DNA from: Octopus sinensis
Lineage: Eukaryota
Direction: 5' to 3'
NCBI RefSeq assembly: GCF_006345805.1
Contig: NC_043001.1
Location: 13,206,001-13,270,000 of the forward strand
DNA: 64,000 nucleotides
In this document: positions 25,312-39,481 of the stretch, piece after piece
Numbering within the stretch: position 1 is the first letter of the stretch
Layout: the number at the start of each line of letters is the position of its first letter
The notes under the pieces: generated by a model
Told to the model about the DNA's origin: nothing
Databases searched by the model: none
What the model saw: only the letters and a program-made list of their open reading frames with translations
Program-made: the position numbers and the translations under genes

Positions 25312-26419
25312 CTTTTAAACTTTGCCGTCTTCTTCTTAATAGTTGCATTGACGTTGTTTTCTTTTTCGAGTTGGTTGTAGCACTTTTATTAATACCATAC
25401 GTAAATATACTCTAAAGTTGCTATTGAAGCTAGATTCCTGTAGCCAAGAGCTATATTTACTAACCGTTATATTAAATATTTTCATAGCGTAACCTTCAAT
25501 ATATATTAGTGACAAGATATGTCGTTTAATATTGAACCATATTGTGCATGATAGGAAATCGATTTCCTAATATCTAAAAATAACTAGAATAGATCGATTT
25601 CCTGAACAGCATTCTCATTTGTAATTTCGTAACCACAACTTTCACAGATGAGCAGCCATCCGTGAACATCTCGAAGATTCTGATATATGACTAATATACA
25701 TTCACCGACTCGTTGGTTTTCTTTTTACGTCCATAATGAAATAGTTGTTTACTTTGCTTAGTATATCTTTTACAGAAATGTACGCTTTGATTACTATGTT
25801 AGTGATTAAAAGAGATGTTACTACTTTCAGGAATGTTGGTAGTAAAGTTTGAGTTAATTATATGTACTTATGTGTGCAGTGACGAAGAGAGAAATCAGAA
25901 AAGAAGATGGGAAATACGTTTCTTTTCTCGACTGTCTGCTGGAGAAAATGATTCCTGGATACTAATAAATAATATAATTGATCAATTTTGACCGTTTTTT
26001 CACCTCACTTCAATTATGCTCTTATTCATAGAGTGACAGAAATTAATCCGATATATTTGTATTCTATATCAAACATAACTATAATTTCAAAACTTTTGCT
26101 ACGGTCAATTTTAAACTGTATTCCAATAAATGTTTCTGTCATTTACAAGCAGTCGTGTTAAATAAAATATACTGAATAATTCATAGTTGAAAGAACATGA
26201 TTCATATGTTCTGTATGAATATAAGAGCATATTATTTGATTGATTAATGTATGTATGAATTATGTTTTTTGTTTAATATTGTCCGTGTGTATCTACATGT
26301 TGGACATGTTGATGCAGATCCTCTGTCGTCTCCGTTCATTTCTCCTCAACGTTTGGCCAGTGTTTAATCACACTCGTGCTTCATTTTGGAAGGAAATCAG
26401 GAATCTTGAAACAATATAT

Positions 26420-26572
26420 TACGGTATGTTTCTCAAGAAGCTTGCTTCCAAGCCAAAGGTTCTGGATTCAAATCCACCCCGTGGTCCCTTTGAGTACTGT
26501 CTTCTGATACACTCTCGGGGCAGGCAAAGCCTTGATAATGGATTTGGTAGCCGGAAACTACAGGCAGCCCAC
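26420..26572 (+). mobile_element. Degenerate SINE-A 5' fragment
   Basis: AAGCTTGCTTCC...GGATTCAAATCC...AAAGCCTTGATAATGGATTTGGTAGCCGGAAACT. Confidence 0.6.
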
Positions 26573-26602
26573 CTTATACACACTCACTCACACACACACA
26601 CA

Positions 26603-26649
<47 letters not shown>

Positions 26650-26764
26650 GAAATGAGGTACTCAGAAATCTGGATAGATTTATATTTACAGAGTTTATTA
26701 ATATGTCACATGTTGTTATAAATCATATAATAGCGCTTGCATCCACTGTAGTGTTGTCTTCGGA

Positions 26765-26809
<45 letters not shown>

Positions 26810-27889
26810 CATTATAACACCTGAATAATGAAGTAGAATTGTTTAATAATCCATATTTTTACCATCTTTTGCAGCAATATTGAATTAGCGACACATCTTT
26901 AGCAGATGAACATTCAAAAACAGCCAAGATATTCAAGTAAGATATTTATATTCTATCACCTAGTCTTGACAGCTGTCCAATGTCTGAAACTAATGAATGT
27001 GAAACTGAGTACATTCTAAACACATTGTATAATAGTAACAGAAAAAACTATAGTTGCGTTGACGAGAGGTTTATAAAAAGTCCGTTGTGTTTGTCAGAGG
27101 AAGATTGTTGATCCTCTTTGGGCATGGAAGTTAACATGTTAATAATGTCAGAAATAAAATCGCTAGATAGGTCTATATAGATACAGGTAAGCATGTATAT
27201 ATGCACACATAACTAGAATTATACTAGGACAGGCATAGCCATATAGGCAAAGAACCAGAGTTATTAAAGAAGTGCTTAGAATCCGACTGATTTGAGGACT
27301 CTCACTCATAAACAAACCATGACAAACGTATTTATATTTGTGTAACTTTCTGGCACTCGCGCTATCTCACGTGTTTTCGTTTAAAAGTAGATTGATTAAT
27401 TGGGTCGCATGACATTCTGTAGCAGTTTTGGAATCAAATAAATACACTGAGTATTTAATTACGGATTTCCACGTGACAATAATTGGAATTTTATCTTTTA
27501 CCCAAGTACACCACTGCATGAAGCTACTACGAAGACAAAAGAATATACTTTCTGGCATGGATTCTAATCCGACATTAAGGCAGACGTTTTAAATTGTGCA
27601 TCATTTAGGTCACGTACATACATTGCGTTACCATCTACAACACATTATAGTCACGAGTAGCAAAGAGATCTGAGAAACTGTTAACATGTGTTCTCATGCG
27701 AGAGACTATATAAGATTATATATTTCAGTACTACAGAACGCAGGCTACAAATGAAACAAGTGTTCTTACATAACTTAACGGTATTCATTTTTCTCTAACG
27801 GATATTTTTGTTAAAGGAAGCACCGCTATAGTGGAATGCGTTACCTTGGACGTATTCTTGATAAATGTGTGTGTGTGTGTGTGTGTGTG

Positions 27890-27928
<39 letters not shown>

Positions 27929-28522
27929 ACTATTAATGTTTTAATCATGGTCTTAAGACTGAAACATATTAAAGTTATTATTGCCTCTCGTAAAAGTCTC
28001 TCAAACCTGAAATGTGCATCGTACACGTTCTTGAGAGGAAAATGAAGTGGATAGTGTCAGTGACACTTCTAGGTTGTATACATACGATAAGAGGGGGAGA
28101 AACAAATGGAGGAGATAGAGAGAGAGAGATAGAGAGAGGGGCGATTCGAATTCAAACAGAAGTAATAGTGCAGAGGCAATTTACAAGCATAACAATCATG
28201 ATTATAAGAGAAAACTTTCAAGGAAGTGTTTTGTTAGTTCAGCCGTAATGAATTGTAAATAATGCTATATGATACGCCCTTGTCTTTCAAAAGATCCTGA
28301 AGAAGTGTTATTGTATAATATTCTGTATTATTGTATACTATTCTGCACTATATTGAAGACGTATGAGAGACACTTCTTGTTTCAATAGTTGGTGTTAACA
28401 ATCTCATGTTATTGTTTCTCTCAGTTTAAGCTGGATAATCACTGACCAATATATTTCTAGACAAGTAGCATGTCTATCCACAAAGTGAAATGATGGTCAG
28501 ACCAAGCTAGATTACTCGGATA

Positions 28523-28726
28523 TACTCTTTTACTTGTTTCAGTCATTTGACTGTGGCCATGCTGGAGCACCGCCATTAGTCGAGCAGATCGACCCCGGGA
28601 CTTATTGTTTGTAAGCCTAGTACTTATTCTATCGGTCTCTTTTTGCCGAACCGCTAAGTGACGGGGACGTAAACACACCAGGATCGGTTGTCAAGCAATG
28701 CTAGGGGAACAAACACAGACACCCAA

Positions 28727-28763
<37 letters not shown>

Positions 28764-28937
28764 CGACAGGCTTCTTTCAGTTTCCGTCTACCAAATCCAC
28801 TCACAAGGTATTGGTCGGCCCGGGGCTATAGCAGAAGACACTTGCCCACTTGTCTCTTTTGCCGAAACGCTAAGTGACGGGGAAGTAAACACACCAGCAT
28901 CGGTTGTCAAGCACAGACACACAAACACACATACACT

Positions 28938-28974
<37 letters not shown>

Positions 28975-29145
28975 CATATATACGACGGGCTTCTTTCAGT
29001 TTCCGTCTACCAAATCCACTCACAAGGCTTTGGTCGAGCCGAGGCTATAGTAGAAGACACTTGCCCAAGGTGCCACGCAGTGGGACTGAACCCTGAACCA
29101 TGTGGTTCGTAAGCAAGCTACTTACCACACAGCCACTCCTACGCC
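28523..29145 (-). mobile_element. SINE family A with internal tandem duplication
   Basis: The block TCTCTTTTGCCGAA...GAAGACACTTGCCC occurs twice (about 28635-28847 and 28852-29067). Confidence 0.9.
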
Positions 29146-29242
29146 TATGTGTAGAGGGCTTCTTCTATTTACGTACTCATTCCCAAGCTTTGTTTCTTTT
29201 GGTCTTGTGTGATATTGCTCCCAATATTTGCGTTGAAAAAAG

Positions 29243-29450
29243 GGCAGCGAGCTAGTAGAAGTGTCAGCACGCCGGGATAAATGCTTAGTTACCATTTCGT
29301 CACTCTTTAAGTTGTGTGTTCAAATTCTGCCAACATCGAGTTTGCCGTACATTATTTCGGAGTCGATAAACTAAGTGCCGGTTGCGTAATAGAGCTGATG
29401 TGAGCGACACACGCCCACCCTAAAAATTCCTGGCCTTGTGTCAAAATTTA
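29243..29450 (+). mobile_element. Degenerate SINE family D
   Basis: GGCAGCGAGCTAGTAGAA...GTCGATAAACTAAGTGCCGG...CCTGGCCTTGTG. Confidence 0.7.
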
Positions 29451-29621
29451 AAGCCCATATATGCCTTATTCATTGGTTTAATGCTTGTGGGTTTATGGTC
29501 GCTTTCGAAATGACCTCAGACTTCAACATGCTTACGACACAGATGTAATTAGATTAGAATATATATTAGACAGTTTACATTTAATACAGCTATTGATCGT
29601 GAGGCTATTTAAACATCTGTA

Positions 29622-30003
29622 GAGGCGCAATGGCCCAGTGGTTAGGGCAGAGGACTCGCGGTCTTAGGATCGCGGTTTCGATTCCCAGACCGGGCGTTGT
29701 GAGTGTTTATTGAGCGAAAACACCTAAAAGCTCGACGAGGCTCCGGCAGGGATGGTGGTGATCCCTGCTGTACTCTTTCACCACAACTTTCTCTCACTCT
29801 TACTTCCTGTTTCTGTTGTACCTGTATTTCAAAGGGCCGGCCTTGTCACTCTCTGTGTCACGCTGAATATCCCCGAGAATTACGTTAAGGGTACACGTGT
29901 CTGTGGAGCGCTCAGCCACTTACACGTTAATTTCACGAGCAGGCTGTTCCGTTGATCAGATCAACCGGAAACCTCGTCGTCGTGACCGACGGAGTGCTTC
30001 TAT
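29622..30003 (+). mobile_element. SINE family B, full length
   Basis: 14-bp TSD CTATTTAAACATCT (29605-29618, 30004-30017). Confidence 0.93.
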
Positions 30004-30596
30004 CTATTTAAACATCTATAATTACTTTGATTTTGTATATTTTCGCAGTTGTTACATTTGTTGAAAATAGATGAGATTTGCAGATAGCATAAATTTAACC
30101 TGCTTCTTTCATGAAGTGATGAATGAATGCAGCATTTATCATTTCAAATGAAATTCAATAAATCTCCGTATTTGCAGCAATCAAATAGAAACTTCTACAG
30201 ATAAACTAAGCGAAAGAAATTATAATAAATGAGATACGTTCAATTATAAAATAAGCAGATTTATATTTAGTTTAACTGTGATAAATAATGCATATAAAGG
30301 TTTATACCTAACAAATAATATCGTTTCCGGTAATATATACTTACAGGAAAATATACAGAAATGGATTCAACAATCGAGACTCCAAATAAACTTTAGAAAT
30401 ACTTTCAAATTACTTCCTAGAACTACAGTATTCGGTAAAAAAAAAAAGGAGCTCTTAACATTGAATTGGAGATTGCGAAGTATTCATCGCTAATTCGTCG
30501 GAAAAACAATACAGCGTAATGATTTAATATATGAAATCGAAGTGTTCGGAATCGTTCTTTAAAAACACAAAGAGATATATACATGCATATATATAT

Positions 30597-30790
<194 letters not shown>

Positions 30791-31132
30791 TGAAGGCGCA
30801 TGGCTCAGTCGTTAGAGCGTCGAGCTTACGATCGTGAGTTTGTGAGCTCGAATCCCAGACGGGCTGCGTGTTGTGTTCTTGAGCAAGGCACTTTATTTCA
30901 CGTTGCTCCAGTTCACTCAGCTGCAGAAATGAGTTGCGGCGTCACAGGTGCCAAGCTGTATCGACCTTTATCTTTCCCTTGGATAACACTGGTGGCGTAG
31001 AGAGGGAAGGCTGGTATGCATGGGCGACTGCTGGTCTTCCATAAACAACCTTGCCCGGACTTGTGTCTAGGAGGGTAACTTTCTAGGTGCAATCCCATGG
31101 TCACTCATGGCCGAAGGGGGTCTTTACCCTTT
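30791..31132 (+). mobile_element. SINE with family-C-like head and a different 3' block
   Basis: Head GAAGGCGCATGGCTCAGTCGTTAGAGCG and shared GTTGTGTTCTTGAGCAAGGCACTTTATTTCACGTTGCTCCAGT, followed by unrelated 3' sequence. Confidence 0.8.
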
Positions 31133-31135
31133 ATA

Positions 31136-31170
<35 letters not shown>

Positions 31171-31171
<1 letters not shown>

Positions 31172-31330
31172 ATCAAAATAAGCAACAAGAATGACTCCGG
31201 TAATTTGGTACGATCGTTTCGTACTACATCATTTCATTAAACGTTGTAAGTATTACAACAGATTTAAGATGCTGAGTACTCATCAACCAATTATAGAGGT
31301 TTTCCATTAATACAAACATTTTCTAATCAA
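31171..31330 (-). mobile_element. Interspersed repeat related to 45098-45320, possible PLE pLTR
   Basis: Shared start AATCAAAATAAGCAACAAG and colinear similarity over ~150 bp. Confidence 0.55.
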
Positions 31331-31544
31331 GTGGCAACATTATAGAGAAGCTAGATATACAGACAAAGATGTGGATTTAAATTTTAAGAACATATGAGGT
31401 AGTGAAGTCCTTCCACTGACTGACTAAGATAAGGTTGTTCCTAACTGCTGTAAGGTTAGAAGCAATAAAGATTTTTTAGTTGTAGAAATTGGGTAAAGGA
31501 GGTTTCAGAACTCCATAAAAGGAATTCATGTTGAAGACAGCAAT

Positions 31545-31900
31545 TGCCACTAATAAATGCCAATTACTGCTTACTGGACAAGATACTGTGATAGCCTGGG
31601 CTTCAGAGGCCCAAATCTCTTCAATATCCTCCCGAAGAACCTGAGAGACCTGCATGGGGTGGATGCAGATGTCTTTAAAATAAAACTGGATCTCTTCCTG
31701 TCAGGTGTCCCAGATGAACCAACTTCACGGCAGGAGGAGCAGATGAGGGCAGCTGCATCGAACTCTCTCATGCACCAATTGGCAATTTCTAAAAAAGCAT
31801 TCGTGAAGTAAAATCGTGTAGCAACACCAAATGTCGGTGCCCCAGCATGGCCACATCTCGTGAGCTGAAACTAGATAAAATAAAAATAAAATAAATAAAT
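31545..31900 (+). mobile_element. CR1-clade LINE 3' end
   Basis: RYCDSLGFRGPNLFNILPKNLRDL...FKIKLDLFLSGVPDEP, then a short 3' UTR and (TAAAA)n tail. Confidence 0.85.
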
Positions 31901-32196
31901 AAAATAAATATATATATATATAAGCAATAATAAATCTCAGAACGATGTGGATGTTATTGTAGCTTGGGGCTACAAGCAACAGTAACATCCACCCTTAGTG
32001 GTTAGCCATATTCAGATGGCAAATATACTTCATATATATATATATATGGGGATATATGTAATTCGTATAAATATATATAGTTTGTGTATATATATGTACA
32101 TATATATATATGCGTTTGTATCTGAGTATATCTATATGTAGTCTGTGTTTGTATGCATACATGTATGTATATATATATATATTATATATATATATA

Positions 32197-32245
<49 letters not shown>

Positions 32246-32715
32246 TTATTGTTATATTTCGGAATGGTCATATTGCCAGTTTAGCCAATAAAAAATCTTG
32301 CACAACAAATATTTAAACGTATATATATACATACATACATATATGTGTATCTATACAAATTTATCTATACATATGTATGTATAAATGCAGGTATGTTTGT
32401 ATTTATGCATAAAAGAGAGAGAGAAGAATGTGAGAAATGGATTCATATAGAAGGCCATTGTTTAAGCTCACAATATCGATCTTGCAATGCATGCGTTATT
32501 GATGATCAAAGTTATGTGTTATTTATGATCAAATGCTGCATGGGAATACAGAGATTTTGGGTTGTGTTAAAATCATTTCCGTGAGACTGATTCTGAAGCA
32601 AAAATAATGTTTTGTCAAAGACTATCAGAATTAATCAATTAATTATGCTTCTTTGTACACTTCGTTAAATTCAATTCAATTTCGCTGATATGACGTGTTT
32701 TGAATAAACTAAATG

Positions 32716-32915
32716 TGAGCTGGCAGAATCGTTAGTACGCCTGGCAAACTTCTCAGCGACATTTGGTATGTCTTTAGTCTCTGAGTTCAAACGCTATTGA
32801 GGTCGTCTTTGCCGTGCTCATTTCGCGATTAATTAAATAAGCAAAAGTAGAGTATAGGGGTCAGTGTAATCGACCTAAATTCTTCCACCTAAATTTCTAG
32901 CCATATGCTAAAATC
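32716..32915 (+). mobile_element. Degenerate SINE family D
   Basis: GTGAGCTGGCAGAATCGTTAGTACGCCTGGC...CTGAGTTCAAA...GAGGTCG. Confidence 0.7.
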
Positions 32916-33143
32916 TGGCATCAATCTAGTGAACAGATACACGCATAAAGATAGATAAATAGGCAGATAGATGTAGCTACCTACCCCCCCCACACACACA
33001 CACACCTATCTATATATATATATATATATATATATGATCAGTATAGAAATTTACTTTGCCATACACCGAACTTTTAGAAATAGCAGCCCAAAAATTTAGC
33101 TCTTTCCTCTACTATAAGAAAAGTCTCCCAGGAAATGTATACT

Positions 33144-33188
<45 letters not shown>

Positions 33189-33190
33189 AT

Positions 33191-33191
<1 letters not shown>

Positions 33192-33285
<94 letters not shown>
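33192..33285. repeat. (GATA)n array with no LINE
   Basis: Seen directly. Confidence 0.95.
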
Positions 33286-33286
<1 letters not shown>

Positions 33287-33399
33287 GTGGTACAACAAGG
33301 CACCAATATTTACTGGAAAATAGCAATCGATATGAATACGACGCTATTGTATAGCTTCACTGCCTATTTACTAGCAAAGACGTGTGTGTGCAACAAACA

Positions 33400-33750
33400 G
33401 GAAAAATTTGTCTTACCTCTAGGAAGAACATTCGATAAATGGACAACCTAGAATCGGATAATGCAGGACCGGTTTCTGACTCTTCAAATACGTTTGACAA
33501 CGAAAATTTGATTACATCAATGCCAGTATACTCGCCTGAACGCCTAGCCGTTAACAGAACGTGAACAGTGAAAGAGTTTCGTTAGCTCCTACACGCATTT
33601 TTTCTCTCCTTGTTTTATTCTGTGTATCTTTCTTTCGAAGAGCGTAAGCTCGAAACGTAAAAGACTTTTTCTATTCCTGAGCGCTATACTAATACATTTG
33701 TTTGTACTCCACCTACCTTCGTTTTTTGTTTATTTTCGTAAACTTTCCCT
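33400..33750 (+). mobile_element. Penelope-like pLTR (family H2) with hammerhead-like motif at 33627-33665
   Basis: TCTTT-CTTTCGA-A-GAGC-GTAA-GCTC-GAAA-CG-TA-AAAGA. Homologous to 12375-12505 and 46040-46290. Confidence 0.65.
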
Positions 33751-33759
33751 TTATATATA

Positions 33760-33800
<41 letters not shown>

Positions 33801-33814
33801 TTTACTATTTTAAA

Positions 33815-34705
33815 ATGTTTCAGTTGCAAAGCTGCGGTCATGGTGGAGCACCACCGTTGACTGAGCTACACCATTATTTGGAACTTCTTCTAATGAGTGG
33901 CATTTGGTAAATTAGGGAGTTTTATGCCACTGCCCTCATCCGTTTTTATTGCCGTGAGTTAGGCTCATCTGGAACCCGTAACAGGAAGAGGTCTAGTTTT
34001 GTTTTAAAGACTCTTACATCCACACCTTGCAGGTCTCTAAGACACTTTGGAAGGATATTAAAGAGCTGTGGGCCCTTGAAACCCAAGCTGTTGCAGTATC
34101 TGGTCCTGTATTTTGATGGCGATACTGGGGTCTTTGGCACTATGCAGTGGCGCCCTGTTCTGCAGTGTGAGTAACTCTCAATGCCAAAGTTTGGTACAAG
34201 GCCTTCTAGGTTTTTCCAGATGTATATCACTGTATATCTCTCCCGCCTTCGTTCCAGAGAGAAAACTTTTAATTCTTTAAGTCTTTCCCAGTAGCTGACG
34301 CGTTGCATCGAGACGATTTTCTTAGTGTAGCTTCGTTGGATTGCTTCGAGTTTCGCCGTGGATTTTATTATCGTGTGTTGACCATTGTTGGGAGCAATAG
34401 CCTAAGTGGCTGAGAACGTATGTCCTCCGAATGATCATCAATGTCTCATTTTCTCTTGTTTGGAATGTTCGGGGGATCCATCCAGACAGCCGTCTGCATT
34501 TTATTAGCAAATAGTTAATATGCACTTGAAAAGATACATCATTGCTCATGTCAATGCCCAGTTTATGCACTGACTTCGATTCAGGGATTTCAGTTCCTCC
34601 TGGGCCAGTGTATATTGTGTGCATGTAATTTAGCTTTGTGTTCTGACAGCGTAGGGCCTGGAATTTTCCTGCGTTAAACTCCATGTTGCTCTCCTCAGCC
34701 CACCT
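33815..34705 (-). mobile_element. CR1-clade LINE 3' portion (RT C-terminus), frameshifted
   Basis: WAEESNMEFNAGKFQAL, LSHLGYCSQQWS, SYWERLKELKVFSLERRRERY, GPQLFNILPKCLRDL. Same family as 31545-31900. Confidence 0.87.
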
Positions 34706-35291
34706 GTACACACACCATACACACACACACACACACACACACAGATTCACACACACACACATACACAGAGACTCACACACATACACACAGACTAACACAC
34801 ACATACACACAGACTCACACACACACATACACAGATAAAAGTAATAGAACTATGCTCTCGGTAATATGCCTTCTGCAACAAATTGCAACAAACTGCAATG
34901 AGATATAAAATAATGCCTGGTATTTATTGCGCATTAAGTTTCAGTGTAGCACCATGTATAATGAAAGTTATAATTATCCACACAACCACGGATATAAAAC
35001 ATTGAATACTTCTGCATAAATTCCTAATTTCATCTTAAAATAACAATGTAGTTTATGATTTGGAACTGGAGCAAACCTAATTACAGCCAGTATGACGACA
35101 GAACTTTCTCATCCTTCGATCCATTAGAGCAATCGTAAAGCATATTAATTCTAAATATTTCTAAATACTCACAGCTTATGTATTTATTACTTGCATATAC
35201 TATATACATGCTGGTAATATAAATCAATTTACGGTTTAATTTACCGGGATTATTACTGAGATGTAGCTTTATTACCATTGATGTTAAGTCT

Positions 35292-35936
35292 GCGAGCGTG
35301 TAGAATGGTCATCACGCTGGACAAAATTCTTAGCGGCATTTCCTCCCTCCTTACGTTCTGAATCCAAATTCCGCAGAGGTCTACTTTGCCTTTCATCCTT
35401 CCGAGCTCGCTGAAATAAACACCAGCTGAGCACTGGGGTTGAAGTAATCGACCATTCCCCCAAAAAAATCTTTCAGGACTCGTGCCTATAGCAGAAAATA
35501 ATTATTATTGGTGTTACGACGGTGGAAAGGCAGAATTATTAGCATTTTTGGAAAATGCTTAACGGCATTTCGTCCAAAGTGGTCGACTTCAGCTTTCATC
35601 CTATTGTAGTTGATAAAGTATCTACCATTTGAGTAATGGATCGATGTAATCGACTGAAACCCTCACCTAAAATTGATGGCCTTCTGTCAAAATGTGTAAC
35701 CGATATTAATCAAATTCTTAGAAATTAGTCCCTGAATAAGGGTTGTTTCCAAAGGTGAATTATATAACCTCCAAAGAATTCCTCTCAACACATGACTATG
35801 ATGCTCCCCCACTACTTCTGCTTTTGATCAGAGATGCACATATCGTCATCCATTAAGGGGTATGGTCAGGGTATCGGTACTACATGAAGACATTGGTACT
35901 GCATCATCATCATCGATATCGTCATCATCATCATCA

Positions 35937-35994
<58 letters not shown>

Positions 35995-36218
35995 TACTAT
36001 TATGAAGGCAGCGAGCGGGCAGAATCGTTAGCACGGTTGACGAAATGTCTAGCGGTATTTCGCCTGTCGCTACATTCTGAGTTGAAATTCCACTGAGGTC
36101 GACTTTTTTTCGTTCATCGTTTTGACGTTGATAACTTAAGTTCCAGTCAAATAAAGGGTTCGATGTAATCGACTACCCCTCTCCCCGAAATTTCAGGACT
36201 TGTTCCTATAGTGGAGAG
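35292..36218 (+). mobile_element. Cluster of three degenerate SINE-D copies plus a fragment of the 24649 element
   Basis: D-like copies at 35292-35500, 35517-35700 and 36007-36218, separated by TAT tracts. Confidence 0.75.
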
Positions 36219-36276
36219 GTTGTTGTTGTTGTTGTTGGTGTTGTTGTTGTTGTTGTTGTTGTTAGTAGTAGTAGTA

Positions 36277-36313
<37 letters not shown>

Positions 36314-36948
36314 TAATTTGTTTGAACAGACTATGAAACAAAACGACATATATATAATTTCGATAGTAGAGAATAATTTTTATCATCAACACAATGAAGT
36401 TCACTCCAGAATCGATTTATGTTCTTCAATCTTATCGAATCCCGTTCACTTGAAGGAAGTTATAATTGTCTAACTGAACTAATTATCCAGTTTATATTGT
36501 TCCAAATGAAACAGATATCTATTATTTATATTCGACATAATCAGATGCCAATTTTCCAAATAAGCAGTTGCAATACAGATGTCGATATTAATAATGCTCA
36601 TTACAATACACACCGCAACTTATATTACGCCATGCTTACCTATTTCTTCACGGTATGTATATAAGAATTGGCTTGTAAAATGTAATTGGACATTGATATC
36701 GTAATTTCTTAATTATAATCTAATTATTCATTAATAGATTTGGCAATATCCCTTCTTTTACATGATTCTCGATTTAAAACAAAAACAAAAACTACACACA
36801 AATCATACGTATTACAAAAAGTGTGCATATCCATCTGTGAATAGGGTCTATACTTATCTGCAAGAATGTACCTGGTTTAGATAATTATTCTCTTCTCAAA
36901 CAATGTATATGATTACACACACACACACACGTATATATATATATATAT

Positions 36949-37013
<65 letters not shown>

Positions 37014-37083
37014 GAGACACAGTGAAGTAAAAGATGAGGGAAAGTGAGAATGAACCGAAGGCTACAAAAATATATATATATTT

Positions 37084-37155
<72 letters not shown>

Positions 37156-37202
37156 AACAAGTCAAGATAGAAAATGCTAAAATAATTTTATAAAGAACAT
37201 TT

Positions 37203-37241
37203 CAGTACCGGTTTCAGTCATTTTTGAGACCTTTTCAACTG
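37203..37241 (-). ncRNA. Minimal type I hammerhead, U3-A8 variant (inverted arm copy)
   Basis: Minus strand CAG-TTGAAAA-GGTC-TCAAAAAT-GACT-GAAA-CCGG-TA-CTG. Confidence 0.68.
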
Positions 37242-37442
37242 TAACGATTAAATAATTAAATTTAGAAAAATTAAGAGAAAAGTTTTTTTAAAGGAATATT
37301 TGTATAGTGTAAACAAGTGTAAACAAGAGAGACAGAAAAAGGCAGAAACAAGGAAAATGCAACTTATATTTGAACACTATACAAATATTCCTTTAAAAAA
37401 ACTTTTCTTTTAATTTTTCTAAATTTAATTATTTAATCGTTA

Positions 37443-37481
37443 CAGTTGAAAAAGGTCTCAAAATGACTGAAACAGGTACTA
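37443..37481 (+). ncRNA. Hammerhead U3-A8 variant, damaged (CAGG, CTA)
   Basis: CAG-TTGAAAA-A-GGTC-TCAAAAT-GACT-GAAA-CAGG-TA-CTA. Confidence 0.5.
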
Positions 37482-38806
37482 AAAATGTTCTTTATAAAAT
37501 TATTTTAGCATGTTCTATCTTGGCTTGTTTTTTCATATATATCAACTCGTGTGTTCCTTTTCTTCCTTATACATACATACACACACACACACATATATAT
37601 ATATAGATATATATATATATATCGTTACATATATATAACAAAAAGGATTTGTACTATAGTTTCTAATACAAACACCGATATACACGACTGCATGAACTAA
37701 AGGAAAAAATGCAACATCACCGAACTCAAGCATTTCAAATTAAAGCACAATTTAAAACCAAAAGCCCTACCGCACATCACAGCCAACCCTCTTAAGAATG
37801 AAGCCTTCGACACCATCCTCCTGAACATCCTCAACTAAAAAAGGGGCCACATAATGAATGTAATCCTCCAAACGCACATCGTCATACAGACCAAAAGACA
37901 ACACAAATCTATAAAAGGTCTCCTAATTCAAGCCCACTGAGAACAACTCTGAAGCCGTAAGTAAAACAAATGAGGAAGACCTAACTGTGGTATATGCGCC
38001 AACATAACTGAGGGACCGGAGTTCTCTTTCAAGCAGGGTCAACGTTTTACAGTGAAAAACAACTTCATATGTACTTCGGAGAACCAAATATATGTATTAA
38101 CATGCTCTGGGTGTCGAGAGCAATACATAAGCCAAACCAAGAACAGTCTATGCCAAAGGTTGGAGGTACATAGCTCCTAGATCAAATTTCGGAATACAGA
38201 AAAATAGCATTCAGGGAACTTATCGACATTTGCGCCACTAGTAAACAACGCAGCTTCAGAATTCCTCTCTGCTGTATATTCAGGGACGATGCAACCTGTA
38301 GTCGGAGCATTAGTAAACAATCATATATGATAAACCCCTTTTGAATGTGTCCACCACAAATGACACTATTACAAGTGCGGTAGAATAAAACCCACGCAAA
38401 TAATAAAAACGATATATTCAGAACAGTCACTAGCCATGAATTTATTCAGAGCAATTCCAATCACTATTATTACAACTACACGGGTCACTTTTATGTTACT
38501 TGACCATTTAATAGGATTCCACCAACATCCTACTACTGTCATACCCCTACCGCTTTTTTATTACTCTTTCTCTTCTTTTCCTCATTCTTCTTCTTTGCCG
38601 CCTCCATTCTCAACTACTACTACTGCTTAAACAAACATAACCAAGAACTCATATCAGATATTAGGACTGCAACCAGCTATCGAGACCTCATAAGTATATA
38701 AATGAGAGACAGAGACAGACATCTGAAAACTATGGAAATATTTTTAAAAGACATTTAAATTAATTTTTCCACAATTCAATTTTTTTTCATGCTTTATTCT
38801 TATTTT

Positions 38807-38862
<56 letters not shown>

Positions 38863-39006
38863 ATGTGTATGTGTGTGTGTGTGTGTATGTGTGTGTGTGT
38901 ATGTGTGTGTGCGTGTGTGTGTGTGTGTGTGTGCGTGTGTGTATGTATATAATATATATATTTTTTTTTTTTTCTCTGCTTTCAGCTCAGAGCTGCGGCC
39001 AGGCTG

Positions 39007-39053
<47 letters not shown>

Positions 39054-39074
39054 TGTGTGTGTGTGTGTGTGTGT

Positions 39075-39119
<45 letters not shown>

Positions 39120-39149
39120 TTATGTATGTATTTATGTATGTATATATGT

Positions 39150-39481
39150 GTGGGTGAGGGCGCGTGGCTTAGTGGTTAGGGCATTCGGCTCATGATCGTA
39201 AGGTTGTGAGTTCGATTCCCGGCGACGCGTTGTGTCCTTGAGCAAGACACTTTATTTCACGTTGCTCCAGTCCCTCAGCTGGCAAAAATGAGTTGTACTT
39301 GTATTTCAAAGGGTCAGCCTTGTCACTCTCTGTGTCACGCTGATTTTCCCCGAGAACTACGTTAAGGGTACACGTGTCTGTGGAATGCTCAGCCATTTGC
39401 ACGTTAATTTCACGAGCAAGCTGTTCCGTTGATCGTATCAGCTGGGACCCTCGTCGTCGTAACCGGCGGAGTCTTTATATA
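39150..39481 (+). mobile_element. SINE family C
   Basis: Only a few substitutions relative to 17089-17403. 39-bp direct flanks (39111-39149, 39482-39520). Confidence 0.92.

Larger units (their letters stand above)
37143..38790 (+). mobile_element. Penelope-like element (family H3): inverted pLTR pair plus truncated ORF with GIY-YIG endonuclease
   Basis: Arms 37143-37310 and 37374-37540 are inverted. Frame 37974-38177 reads GRPNCGIC...IYVLTCSGCREQYISQTKNSLCQRLEVH. (TA)n on both flanks. Confidence 0.82.

Noticed and set aside
26240-26430. Possible exon in the 135-aa ORF
   Set aside because: No recognisable protein similarity, and the ORF runs into a SINE and a microsatellite.
28290-28380. CTGAAGA followed by AGTGT...ACACT stem
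   Set aside because: No GAAA or stem III follows, so it is only a short inverted repeat.
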